From the IMG/VR virus record IMGVR_UViG_3300017435_000029: a stretch of 64,000 bases of DNA. One strand, written 5' to 3'. Both the position numbers and the translations under genes were made by a program. Origin of the DNA: a virus. Positions 16,708-24,986 of the stretch are shown here, one piece after another; the stretch's first letter is position 1; each line of letters starts with the position of its first letter. A model generated the notes under the pieces. That model made no database searches. It had not been told where the DNA came from and was given only the letters and a program-made list of their open reading frames with translations.

Positions 16708-17185
16708 GATCTTCCTGGACTGCGACGGCGTGCTCGCGGACTTCGACAGGGCCGGCGAGATGACCTTCGGCCGCCCTCCCCGCGAGGCGGAGCGCGTCCT
16801 GGGCACTTCGGTGTTCTGGACGACCCTCCAGAACGAGGGCGGCTTCTACCGGCGCATGCCGCTCATGCCGGACGCGATGGAGCTGTACGAGGGCGTGCGG
16901 CACCTGTCGCCGACCATCCTCACCGGCTGTCCCCGAGGCGACTGGGCGGAGGCGCAGAAGGTGGGCTGGGCGGAGGAGCACTTCCCCGGCGTGCCCATCA
17001 TCACCTGCCGCAGCGCGGACAAGCGCGACAGCATCGAGTCTCCGGGCGACGTGCTGATCGACGACTGGCCGCAGTACCGGCACCGCTGGATCGAGCACGG
17101 CGGCGTGTTCATCAGCCACTACGACGCGGCCAGCTCGCTGTCGGCCCTCTGGGCGCACTACCCCGAACTCAAGCGAGGAGAATGA
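16700..17185 (+). CDS. HAD-superfamily phosphatase, 5'(3')-deoxyribonucleotidase-like
   Basis: HAD motif I KIFLDCDGVLADF (DxDGVxxDF, typical of the NT5C family); RBS GAAAGGAAAA before the GTG. Confidence 0.6.
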   Translation: MVKIFLDCDGVLADFDRAGEMTFGRPPREAERVLGTSVFWTTLQNEGGFYRRMPLMPDAMELYEGVRHLSPTILTGCPRGDWAEAQKVGWAEEHFPGVPIITCRSADKRDSIESPGDVLIDDWPQYRHRWIEHGGVFISHYDAASSLSALWAHYPELKRGE

Positions 17186-17186
17186 A

Positions 17187-17525
17187 GTGGACAAGGAACT
17201 GAAGGCCAAATGGCTAGAGGCGCTGCGCTCGGGCGACTTCCCGAAGACCAAGGGAAGGCTCAAGTCGGCCCGTGCGCGCGGCACCGGCGTAGCGGGTTTC
17301 TGCTGCTTGGGCGTGCTCTGTGAGGTCATCGAGCCAGGCAGCTGCGACCGGTGGGCGCGGAACGAGGCTGGCTACTTGGCCTCCCAGCATGGCTACATCC
17401 CCGAGAAGTTGGCCGGCACTGCCGGGATCGACGAGCAAAAGCAGGTTGAGCTGGCTACCCTCAACGATGCGTTCGGCTCCAACGACTTCACGTCGGTGAT
17501 CGGGGTCATCGAACGCGATCTCTAG
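17187..17525 (+). CDS. conserved small Cys-containing protein, paralog 3 of 3 (WLEALRSGDF...FCCLGVLCE...LATLNDAFGSNDF)
   Basis: Same motif pattern as 8502..8831 and 9636..9956. Confidence 0.6.
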   Translation: MDKELKAKWLEALRSGDFPKTKGRLKSARARGTGVAGFCCLGVLCEVIEPGSCDRWARNEAGYLASQHGYIPEKLAGTAGIDEQKQVELATLNDAFGSNDFTSVIGVIERDL

Positions 17526-17544
17526 AACTCAAGCGAGGTTAACG

Positions 17545-18528
17545 ATGAAGCTATTCCCATCCATCGAGCAGTTCCGGCACGTCGTCCGCGCCGTCCGCGA
17601 CAGGGCAGCCTTCGACGACGCGCCGGTGCCCATCCTGCACTGCTCCGGCACCGTGAAGATCCACGGCACCAACGCGGGCATCCGGCGCTGCGAGGACCGC
17701 AGCCTGCGCTACTTCTCCCGCAGCCGGGAGATACAGGTCGGCAACGACAACGCCGGCTTCTGCGCGGCCATGTCCGAGCTGGCCGACAACGTCCTCCAGG
17801 ACCTGTTCGACGACCTCGAGCGGGACCTAAAGGGCGAGGGCCCCGTCACAGTGTTCGGCGAGTGGTGCGGCCCCGGCATCCAGAAGGGCGTCGGGGTGAA
17901 CCTTTTGCCGAGCAAACTGTTTGTCATCTTCGCTGCCCTGCGCGGCGACGAGTGGATGGACATCCGGCACCTCAGGCTGGCGGACTCGGCCGGCCCGCAC
18001 GGCATCTACTCCGTGTACGACTTCGGCGAGTACGCCATGGTCGTCGACTTCAGCAAGCCGGAGCTCTCGCAGAACCGTCTGGTCGAGGTCACGGAGCGGG
18101 TCGAGGCTCTCTGCCCCGTGGCGGAGTTCTTCGGCCTCGAGGGCATCGGCGAGGGCGTCGTGTGGAAGCCCACCTCGCCCGAGTACTCGGACAGCCGCTA
18201 CTGGTTCAAGGTCAAGGGCGAGAAGCACTCCTCCAGCAAGGTCGCCAAGCTGGTCGAGGTGGACGTCGAGGCCTTCCGCCGCAAGGAGGAGCTGGTCGCG
18301 GCGGTCGTCACCGAGAACCGCATGGCGCAGGGCATGGCCCTGTTCCTGCAGGAGCACGACCTCGAGCTCAAGAACATCGGGCACTTCCTGCGGTGGGTCT
18401 TCAACGACGTGCTGAAGGAGGAGCGCGACCGCATCGAGGCGAGCGGGTTCAAGGAGAAGGACCTCGGCAAGAACATCGCCGACGTCGCCAAGCGGTACTA
18501 CCTCTTGAAGATGGGAGAGAAGACTTGA
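17545..18528 (+). CDS. RNA ligase (Rnl2-like)
   Basis: Motif I KIHGTN, motif III FGEWCGPGIQKG, motif IV EGVVWK and motif V WFKVKG. Confidence 0.8.
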   Translation: MKLFPSIEQFRHVVRAVRDRAAFDDAPVPILHCSGTVKIHGTNAGIRRCEDRSLRYFSRSREIQVGNDNAGFCAAMSELADNVLQDLFDDLERDLKGEGPVTVFGEWCGPGIQKGVGVNLLPSKLFVIFAALRGDEWMDIRHLRLADSAGPHGIYSVYDFGEYAMVVDFSKPELSQNRLVEVTERVEALCPVAEFFGLEGIGEGVVWKPTSPEYSDSRYWFKVKGEKHSSSKVAKLVEVDVEAFRRKEELVAAVVTENRMAQGMALFLQEHDLELKNIGHFLRWVFNDVLKEERDRIEASGFKEKDLGKNIADVAKRYYLLKMGEKT

Positions 18529-18863
18529 AGACCATCAAGAGCGGGCACCGCTACGAGCTCGACAACCTGAAGACGGACGGCACCCAGGTGCTGCAGTTCT
18601 ACCAGGACCCCGAGATCCACGGGAGCCTCGTGCAGGGCACCTCCTCCCAGGAGGTCCTGCGGGCCCTGATCGAGCGCATGATCTCGCTCGACAAGGAGTG
18701 CCCCGGCGACGAGAACAAGAAGATCATCGAGCACCTCCGTGCGGCCCTGATCCTCCACGAGGTGCGGGCCCTGCGGCGCAAGCTCGAGAAGCGGGGCCGT
18801 CCCGAGCTCGAGTTCGTCGGGCAGGACGGCCACGTCGCCTCCATCAACGGGACACGCCGCTGA
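18525..18863 (+). CDS. hypothetical protein (TTG start; 112 aa)
   Basis: In-frame TTG overlapping the upstream stop; protein-like translation. Confidence 0.45.
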   Translation: MKTIKSGHRYELDNLKTDGTQVLQFYQDPEIHGSLVQGTSSQEVLRALIERMISLDKECPGDENKKIIEHLRAALILHEVRALRRKLEKRGRPELEFVGQDGHVASINGTRR

Positions 18864-19039
18864 TGGGTAACAAGCACCAGGTCTACGGCTGGACGTTCGG
18901 CCGCCCCTGGGGCCTCGATGACGAGCCCGAGGTGTGGTACTACAAGACGCTGTACGACGGCAACAGCCTGCTCGCGGCCCTGTGGACGGCGCTGGGCAGC
19001 AGGGGCAGCTACGGCTGCGTGAAGATCAAGATCCGCTGA
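18863..19039 (+). CDS. small Trp/Tyr-rich hypothetical protein (58 aa)
   Basis: TGATG overlap with the upstream gene; high GC3. Confidence 0.45.
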   Translation: MGNKHQVYGWTFGRPWGLDDEPEVWYYKTLYDGNSLLAALWTALGSRGSYGCVKIKIR

Positions 19040-19061
19040 CTCAAACGAGAAGGAACATAGT

Positions 19062-19547
19062 ATGCTGTACATCACGGTCGGAGACACCAACGCCTACGTC
19101 ACCCTGAGCAACGAGGCGGCGGACAAGCTGGGCGCCCGCGCGGACGTCTCGCTCGACGGCGGCTTCCTCGTCCTGGAGCCCGTCGAGAGCGGCGGCCTGA
19201 AGGTCCAGCGCAAGGCGAGTAACCGCCACATCCTCAACATCCGCGGGGTCGACGCCCAGCTGTTCGAGCTCACGTCGATGACGCCGACGCCGCGCGTGAT
19301 CAACACCCAGCGGGGCTTCCGCATCGACGTGTCGGCGTTCCTCGCGGACGCGCCGCCCAAGCCGGAGGCCAAGCCCGAGGTCGTGGAGGCCGAGGAGGTG
19401 GTCCACAAGAGCGACGCTGAGATGAACGCTAGCGAGGCCGCCAAGGCCGTCCGCGTGCTCAACGCCTGCCTGCGCCGCTTCCCCGGCCTGCTCGTGGCCA
19501 CCTTCGACAACAACAAGCGCGTCGAGGTCTACGCCAAGGTCAACTGA
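19062..19547 (+). CDS. hypothetical protein (161 aa)
   Basis: RBS GAGAAGGAAC upstream. Confidence 0.6.
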   Translation: MLYITVGDTNAYVTLSNEAADKLGARADVSLDGGFLVLEPVESGGLKVQRKASNRHILNIRGVDAQLFELTSMTPTPRVINTQRGFRIDVSAFLADAPPKPEAKPEVVEAEEVVHKSDAEMNASEAAKAVRVLNACLRRFPGLLVATFDNNKRVEVYAKVN

Positions 19548-19568
19548 ACCCAAGCCAAGGAGGCAACA

Positions 19569-19883
19569 ATGTTCTATCTTTTTAAGAAGCCGAAGGGCAA
19601 GCTGTCGGAGGTGGACTGCAGCGCCGAGGCGTTCCTCGCTTGGGCGAAGGGACGCGACCCGGACGAGGGGTACCAGTTCACCGACTGCACCGACTGTGCC
19701 TTCGCCCGGTACCTGCGCTCTCAGGGCGTCGACGCGAGCGTGTCCGTCGGCACCTGGCGGGAGAGGAAGGGCAGTTTCTACTACCCGTACGACAGGCGCC
19801 TGGACTTCTCCGGCGCTCTGCAGGCGAAAACCATGGGCGAGGCGGTCAGCCTGCTCGAGAAGAACCTCAAGGGAGACAACTGA
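19569..19883 (+). CDS. hypothetical protein (104 aa)
   Basis: RBS CAAGGAGG upstream. Confidence 0.6.
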   Translation: MFYLFKKPKGKLSEVDCSAEAFLAWAKGRDPDEGYQFTDCTDCAFARYLRSQGVDASVSVGTWRERKGSFYYPYDRRLDFSGALQAKTMGEAVSLLEKNLKGDN

Positions 19884-19884
19884 T

Positions 19885-21852
19885 ATGACCGACAACTTCC
19901 CAGCATTCGCCCGTCGCGTCGCAGACAACTGGGAGCGCATGAACGCGGGCGAGCTCTTCGTCGTCGAGGTCTCGGACCCGTTCGCGCTCTACCTGGGCGC
20001 GTTCCCCGCCGGCACCGACCCGATGTTCCGTGAACGCACCCAGCACGACTGCAACTGCTGCAAGTCGTTCGTCCGACACCTCGGCGTGGTGGTCGGCTTC
20101 ATGGACGGGCAACGCGTCACGGCCTGGGACGGCTGCGACGACCTGCCCGAACCGTACCCCACGGTGGCCCGAAGGATGCGCGACCTCGCCCTCCAGGCCC
20201 CGATCTCGGGCGTCTTCCGGGCGTCGGAGCGCGGCTACGGGGCCGAGAGGAACCTCGACAACTACATGGTCGGGCACTGGTGGCACCACTTCCACGGCGC
20301 GGTGGCCAACCGCCACTTCTCGCACCAGCCAGGCGCCGATCGCGGCGCTCGGGACACCCTCGCCAAGGTGTACCTGCGCGGCCTCCGGGAGATCCAGCCC
20401 GAGGCTCTCGCCACGGTCGTGGACCTGATCGAGTCGGACTCGCTGTACCGCGGTGCCGAGTTCCTCGAGAAGGTCAAGAAGTTCGCCGCCCTCAAGCGGC
20501 GCTTCGACGAGGCCGCGGGCGACGCCGACTTCGCGTGGCAGACCTTCTCGATCGACACGGCGGGCTTCCGCAACGAGGTCATCGGCACCCTCGTCGTGGA
20601 CCTGTCCTCGGGCGTGGAGCTCGACCAGGCCGTGCGTATGTTCGAGAGCAAGGTGGCCCCGACCAACTACCGCCGACCGACGGCCGTGGTCACCCCGAAG
20701 ATGGTCGAGTCCGCGCTCGGCACGCTGCGGGAGCTCGGCCTGGAGGACGCCGTCCAACGCCGCCACGCGCGGATGGAGGACGTGTCCGTCGACGACGTGC
20801 TGTACGTGGATAACTCCGAGAGGAGCCGCGTGCGGGGCGGGCTCGAGTCGCTGCTCATGTCAGACGCGAAGCGTCCCGCGAAAAAGAGGCCGGCGGAGGG
20901 GGCCACCGAGGTGTCCGCCGACGAGTTCTTCCGCGAGGTGGTCCCCGGAGCCTCCCTCATCGAGGCGGTCCTGGAGCCCCGCCACGGGCGCAACTTCGTG
21001 TCGCTCACGGCGGGCGACCCAGGGCTGTTCAAGTGGGACGGCGGCCTGTCGTGGTCCTACGACGGCGACGTGACCGACTCCATCAAGGAGAAGGTCAAGC
21101 GCGCGGGCGGCCGCGTGGACGCCCCCATGCGGGCGTCGTTGGCGTGGAACAACCACGACGACCTCGACCTGCACGTCGTAGAGCCGGGCGGCAGCCGGGT
21201 CTACTTCGGCAGCAAGGTGGGCCGCTACGGCACGCTGGACATCGACATGAACGCGGGCGGCCACCGGAACCGCCAGCCGGTCGAGAACGTGTACTTCCGC
21301 TCGGTCCCGCAGGGGCAGACGACGGTGCGCGTGAACCAGTTCCACAAGCGCGAGTCGGTGGACACCTCCTTCGAGCTCGAGATCGAGCTGCTGGGGGCGC
21401 TCTACCGCTTCGAGCACGACGGGCCGCTCGCCGACGGGCGCAGCCTGTCGGTGGACGTCAACGTGGTCGGCAGCAACGTGGTGGTCACCCCCGAGAAGGG
21501 CTGGCGCACCTCCGAGGGCCGACAGGTCGACAAGTGGGGCGTCCGCACGGGCGTCCCGGTCCGCGTCCGCGCCGCGATGGTCTCGCCGAACCACTCGGGG
21601 GAGACCTGGCAGGGCGGCCAGAAGCACCACTTCCTGGTGCTGGACGAGTGCCTCAACCCGGACCCGGTGCGGGGGCTCTACAACGAGCAGCTCAAGCCGG
21701 AGCTGGCGGACAAGCACAAGCGGGTGTTCGAGCTCCTCGGCTCGCGCACCAAGGCCGACTACTCGGACGAGCAGCTGAGCGGCGTGGGGTTCTCCTCGGG
21801 GGACGTCACGCTGCTGGCGGACGGTCGACCCTACAAGGTCACGTTCGCTTGA
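19885..21852 (+). CDS. large hypothetical protein (655 aa; N-terminal Cys cluster HDCNCCKSF)
   Basis: Long ORF with a protein-like translation; I could not assign a family. Confidence 0.7.
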   Translation: MTDNFPAFARRVADNWERMNAGELFVVEVSDPFALYLGAFPAGTDPMFRERTQHDCNCCKSFVRHLGVVVGFMDGQRVTAWDGCDDLPEPYPTVARRMRDLALQAPISGVFRASERGYGAERNLDNYMVGHWWHHFHGAVANRHFSHQPGADRGARDTLAKVYLRGLREIQPEALATVVDLIESDSLYRGAEFLEKVKKFAALKRRFDEAAGDADFAWQTFSIDTAGFRNEVIGTLVVDLSSGVELDQAVRMFESKVAPTNYRRPTAVVTPKMVESALGTLRELGLEDAVQRRHARMEDVSVDDVLYVDNSERSRVRGGLESLLMSDAKRPAKKRPAEGATEVSADEFFREVVPGASLIEAVLEPRHGRNFVSLTAGDPGLFKWDGGLSWSYDGDVTDSIKEKVKRAGGRVDAPMRASLAWNNHDDLDLHVVEPGGSRVYFGSKVGRYGTLDIDMNAGGHRNRQPVENVYFRSVPQGQTTVRVNQFHKRESVDTSFELEIELLGALYRFEHDGPLADGRSLSVDVNVVGSNVVVTPEKGWRTSEGRQVDKWGVRTGVPVRVRAAMVSPNHSGETWQGGQKHHFLVLDECLNPDPVRGLYNEQLKPELADKHKRVFELLGSRTKADYSDEQLSGVGFSSGDVTLLADGRPYKVTFA

Positions 21853-22253
21853 CCGACGACCTGGTGTACGGGGGCTGGGCGGCCCTCGTGCTCCTGTTCG
21901 TAATCGTCCAGCTCTGGAAGCTCTTCGAGCAAGGTAAAAGGATGCGGCCCGTGGAGGAGGCGATCGAGCGGCTGGTGTCCCACAAGGACGGCCTGCCGCT
22001 GCTGCGGATGATCGCGTCGGGCGAGGTGCGGTGGCGCACCAGGGGTCCTACGGCGGACTCGCTGGACGGGCTCATCTCGATCGACAAGGACATCTACTTC
22101 TACATGTACGTCCGCTGGCGGGGCAACCGCTACAACGTGGACAACCTCGCGCCGCACCACATGGCGAGCATGCTCACCTGCGCGGCCTTCAACCAGTCGA
22201 GGGTCTCGCGGGCGACCGACGACTACACGGCCTACCTGGAGAAGATGCAATGA
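21849..22253 (+). CDS. membrane protein (N-terminal TM GGWAALVLLFVIVQLW); ATG 21942 is an alternative start
   Basis: TTGA overlap with the upstream gene. Confidence 0.5.
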   Translation: MTDDLVYGGWAALVLLFVIVQLWKLFEQGKRMRPVEEAIERLVSHKDGLPLLRMIASGEVRWRTRGPTADSLDGLISIDKDIYFYMYVRWRGNRYNVDNLAPHHMASMLTCAAFNQSRVSRATDDYTAYLEKMQ

Positions 22254-22477
22254 GCTTCGCAGACCTGCACGAGCGGGAGACCGCTCTCAAGCACGGGAGG
22301 GTGTACGACCTGGACGGCCTGCCGCCGTACGGGGAGTCGCCGACGTCTCCCGTGGTCAAAGGAGGCCCTCCCAGGCCTCCCTGCCACGAGGGACCGGGGA
22401 AGAAGTTCTTCCTCGCCGTCTTCCTGCTCATCGTTTCCGTAGCGGTCGGCATCCTCGCCCACCGCATCTACAACTGA
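22250..22477 (+). CDS. small protein with a C-terminal TM (75 aa)
   Basis: ATGA overlap with the upstream gene; hydrophobic tail FFLAVFLLIVSVAVGILA. Confidence 0.5.
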   Translation: MSFADLHERETALKHGRVYDLDGLPPYGESPTSPVVKGGPPRPPCHEGPGKKFFLAVFLLIVSVAVGILAHRIYN

Positions 22478-22490
22478 AGGAGTGAACACC

Positions 22491-22901
22491 ATGGACAAGA
22501 TCTTCGAGACCGCCTCGCGCAAGAAGCTGCGCTTCCCCTCGGCCCGCGGCGACCTCACCGTCGAGCAGCTGTGGGACATGAAGATGACCTCGGTCAACGG
22601 CTTCTCGCTGGACGCCGTGTACCGCGGCATCAAGACCGAGCTCAACGGCCAGATCGACGAGGGCCTCGTGCCCGTCGGGTCGAACCCCGAGAAGGAGCTG
22701 AACGAGCTCCGCCTCGAGATCGTCAAGCGCGTCTTCGACGTCAAGCAGGAGGAGGCCGCGAAGGCCGCCAACCGCGTGCAGCGCTCGGAGGAGCGTCGCA
22801 AGGTGCTCGAGGCGATCGCCAACAAGAAGGACGAGCAGCTGTCGCAGGCCTCCATCGAGGACTTGGAGAAGAAGCTCGAGGCCATCGACTCGGCCGACTG
22901 A
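22491..22901 (+). CDS. hypothetical protein (136 aa)
   Basis: RBS GAAGGAG sits 9 nt before ATG 22491. Confidence 0.6.
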   Translation: MDKIFETASRKKLRFPSARGDLTVEQLWDMKMTSVNGFSLDAVYRGIKTELNGQIDEGLVPVGSNPEKELNELRLEIVKRVFDVKQEEAAKAANRVQRSEERRKVLEAIANKKDEQLSQASIEDLEKKLEAIDSAD

Positions 22902-22956
22902 GCCGCACACGGGAGGGCTCATCGGCGGGCCCTCCCCACCTCAAAGGAGAGACTAG

Positions 22957-23166
22957 TTGACACACTTCATCCCGGCCCTCTGGGCCCTATCGTTCGTCGG
23001 ACTTCTCGCGCTGTTCGCGGTCGTGTGGAGCCACTTCATGCTCTACAGGTACCTGTACTACACACGCGATTGGGACCAGGACGAGGCGGGCGCCGCCACC
23101 TTCGTCTACCTGCTCTTCTGGCTCGCGGGCGTGTTCGCCCTAGTGCTGGCGACCTCGTCGTCGTGA
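22957..23166 (+). CDS. two-TM small membrane protein
   Basis: RBS AAGGAGAG before the TTG; two hydrophobic helices. Confidence 0.5.
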   Translation: MTHFIPALWALSFVGLLALFAVVWSHFMLYRYLYYTRDWDQDEAGAATFVYLLFWLAGVFALVLATSSS

Positions 23167-23396
23167 GCGTCGACGTCAGGGAGACGAGGGAGCTCACGTT
23201 TACCCTCGGCAAGGTGACGGTGCTCGCCACCATCAAGCCCGAGAAGACGACGCTCAAAGTCATCAACAAGGAACCCAAGGAGGGCGTCACGCGCGGCCTG
23301 GGCCACACGCTCGACCTGTCCACGGAGGGCTTCCTCGACCTCGTCGAGCTGGGCCCCGAGGTGGTCCGCCGCGCGTCCATAGAGAGAAAGGAATAG
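23163..23396 (+). CDS. hypothetical protein (77 aa)
   Basis: GTGA overlap with the upstream gene. Confidence 0.45.
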   Translation: MSVDVRETRELTFTLGKVTVLATIKPEKTTLKVINKEPKEGVTRGLGHTLDLSTEGFLDLVELGPEVVRRASIERKE

Positions 23397-23399
23397 GAA

Positions 23400-23588
23400 T
23401 TGTTGATCAACGTACTGATGACGCTGCTCGTGCTCGCAGGCTTCGGCCTCCTCGTGGGGTGGACCATGGCGCGCGTCGCCCACAATAACTTCGAGGACCC
23501 GACCCTCGGCCACGGCATCGCCGGGCTGTCGTTCATCGTGTTCGTGGTCGACCTCGTCGCGCTGCTGCTGGCGACGATCTGGTCGTGA
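23400..23588 (+). CDS. two-TM small membrane protein (similar in architecture to 22957..23166)
   Basis: TTG start; two hydrophobic helices. Confidence 0.5.
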   Translation: MLINVLMTLLVLAGFGLLVGWTMARVAHNNFEDPTLGHGIAGLSFIVFVVDLVALLLATIWS

Positions 23589-23785
23589 GCGTATCCGCGA
23601 CCGCGCGCTTCACGCTCACCGTCGACGTGCCCCTGGGCACATGGGACGAGGGCGAGAAGATGTCCCACCTGCGCGAGATCGCCAGGCGCGAGGGCATACC
23701 GAAGCTCCGCAGGGAGATGGGCGAGGTCCGCTACGCCATAGTCGGTGAGCCGAAGCTCATCTCCATGATGGCGGCCGACACCTGA
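23585..23785 (+). CDS. hypothetical protein (66 aa)
   Basis: GTGA overlap with the upstream gene. Confidence 0.45.
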   Translation: MSVSATARFTLTVDVPLGTWDEGEKMSHLREIARREGIPKLRREMGEVRYAIVGEPKLISMMAADT

Positions 23786-23806
23786 ACCAAGAGGAGAACT
23801 GACGAC

Positions 23807-23983
23807 ATGTACTACCTGCTGCTCATCGTGTGCGCGCCCCAGATGCGCTGCCACGCGGAGCCCCTGACCTTCCCCTCCCTGGCCGAGTGCCAGCGTGGGC
23901 AGGCCAAGCTCCGGACGCTGCCCAACAAGGGCAACTACACCTGGAACGAGTGCCGCTCGGTCGACGAGGACTTCAAGCGGTGA
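23807..23983 (+). CDS. small Cys-rich protein (58 aa; absent from the ORF track): MYYLLLIVCAPQMRCHAEPLTFPSLAECQRGQAKLRTLPNKGNYTWNECRSVDEDFKR
   Basis: RBS AAGAGGAG sits 10 nt before ATG 23807; GC3 is very high and TGA at 23981-23983 is in frame. Confidence 0.5.
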   Translation: MYYLLLIVCAPQMRCHAEPLTFPSLAECQRGQAKLRTLPNKGNYTWNECRSVDEDFKR

Positions 23984-24189
23984 TCCACGTCTTCAGGGAC
24001 GAGACCGAGTACACCTCGGCCAACATGACCATGCGACAGCTCGCGGCGGCCACCCTCGTGGTCTTCGGCATCGGCCACGGCGTGTACAAGGTGGTCAAGA
24101 ACCGCAACAGCCCCGCGCTGTACCTCGACAGGGAGCACCTGCTCGAGCTCGTCTCGACGGCGACCCAGAAGCAGGCAGCGCCCAGCTGA
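23980..24189 (+). CDS. hypothetical protein with a TM segment (69 aa)
   Basis: GTGA overlap with the upstream gene. Confidence 0.45.
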   Translation: MIHVFRDETEYTSANMTMRQLAAATLVVFGIGHGVYKVVKNRNSPALYLDREHLLELVSTATQKQAAPS

Positions 24190-24198
24190 CCACAAACA

Positions 24199-24272
24199 GC
24201 CCCTCCGGGGACACAATCGGCGCGCCCCTCGGGGTACGTCGGTCGTGTCCTCGGAGGGGCAACCACCCTTAT
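24199..24272 (+). terminator. putative intrinsic terminator: stem CCCCTCCG...CGGAGGGG followed by a T7 run (TTATTTTTTTCC)
   Basis: Inverted repeat at 24201-24210 and 24251-24260, then seven T residues; it sits at the end of the left arm. Confidence 0.5.
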
Positions 24273-24296
24273 TTTTTTCCGACGGCCTTGGCGCGA

Positions 24297-24314
24297 CCCC
24301 GTTAAATTAACCCC
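24297..24314 (+). promoter_or_regulatory. conserved element CCCCGTTAAATTAACCCC, copy 3, upstream of the terminase module
   Basis: Exact core 16-mer. It is followed by a leader that is conserved with the one after copy 5. Confidence 0.6.
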
Positions 24315-24527
24315 TATGCCGCTCCCCCGCCGTACCCTCACGGGGTAGGGTATGAGGTATGTCCCCCTAAGAGAAGACCCTAAGGGGTGCCCTCTCCCAG
24401 GGAGGACAAGAGTGGGGAGGGGTGGGCCACCGCGCTTGGGGAAGCGAGGGGATGCCCGTTGACTTAACGATGCGCGGGCGGCGGGATGCCAGCTCGTGCC
24501 ACAACCACGCAATCGAGAGGACACGCA

Positions 24528-24986
24528 ATGGACGCGCGGAACGCCGTCATTGAGCAGCCCCGAGCGAGCGGCGGCGCGATCGACCACGTGAAGCGCTACC
24601 ACGCCGGGTCCGAGCGGTCGAAGGACAAGCTCAGGCAGCTCAGGTTCGACCCAATAGAGAGGCTCGTGGACGAGTACCACGACATCAACCGCCTGATCAA
24701 GGAGGAGGAGGACTACAGAGACGAGCGGAAGGTGCGGCTGCACCCGGAGAGCGGCAAGGCCGTGCTCTGGCGGCCGGACATGCTGCTCAAGCTCATGGAG
24801 GAGCGCTCGAAGATCTCCGACAGGCTGCTGCGCTACGGCTACGGCAGGGTGCCCGAGGTCAACGTCAACGTGGACCAGGCCCCTCCGCCGTTCATCGTGC
24901 AGACCACCCGCAAGGGCGAGGTCTACCACACCGGCGTGGCGGACATCGACATGGACGAGGTGGAGGACCTGGGGGCCGGTCTCTGA
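24528..24986 (+). CDS. putative terminase small subunit (assigned by position)
   Basis: Lies immediately upstream of the large terminase, to which it is translationally coupled (TGATG). Confidence 0.45.
   Translation: MDARNAVIEQPRASGGAIDHVKRYHAGSERSKDKLRQLRFDPIERLVDEYHDINRLIKEEEDYRDERKVRLHPESGKAVLWRPDMLLKLMEERSKISDRLLRYGYGRVPEVNVNVDQAPPPFIVQTTRKGEVYHTGVADIDMDEVEDLGAGL

Noticed and set aside
19640-19888. ORF 19640..19888 overlapping gene 19569..19883
   Set aside because: This is an alternative frame of a confident gene, with a RAP-rich translation.
24297-24314. The conserved 16-mer read as a restriction-modification site or homing endonuclease target
   Set aside because: It is restricted to intergenic positions with a fixed orientation and conserved flanks, which fits a transcription signal. 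No endonuclease or methylase gene was seen in the window.
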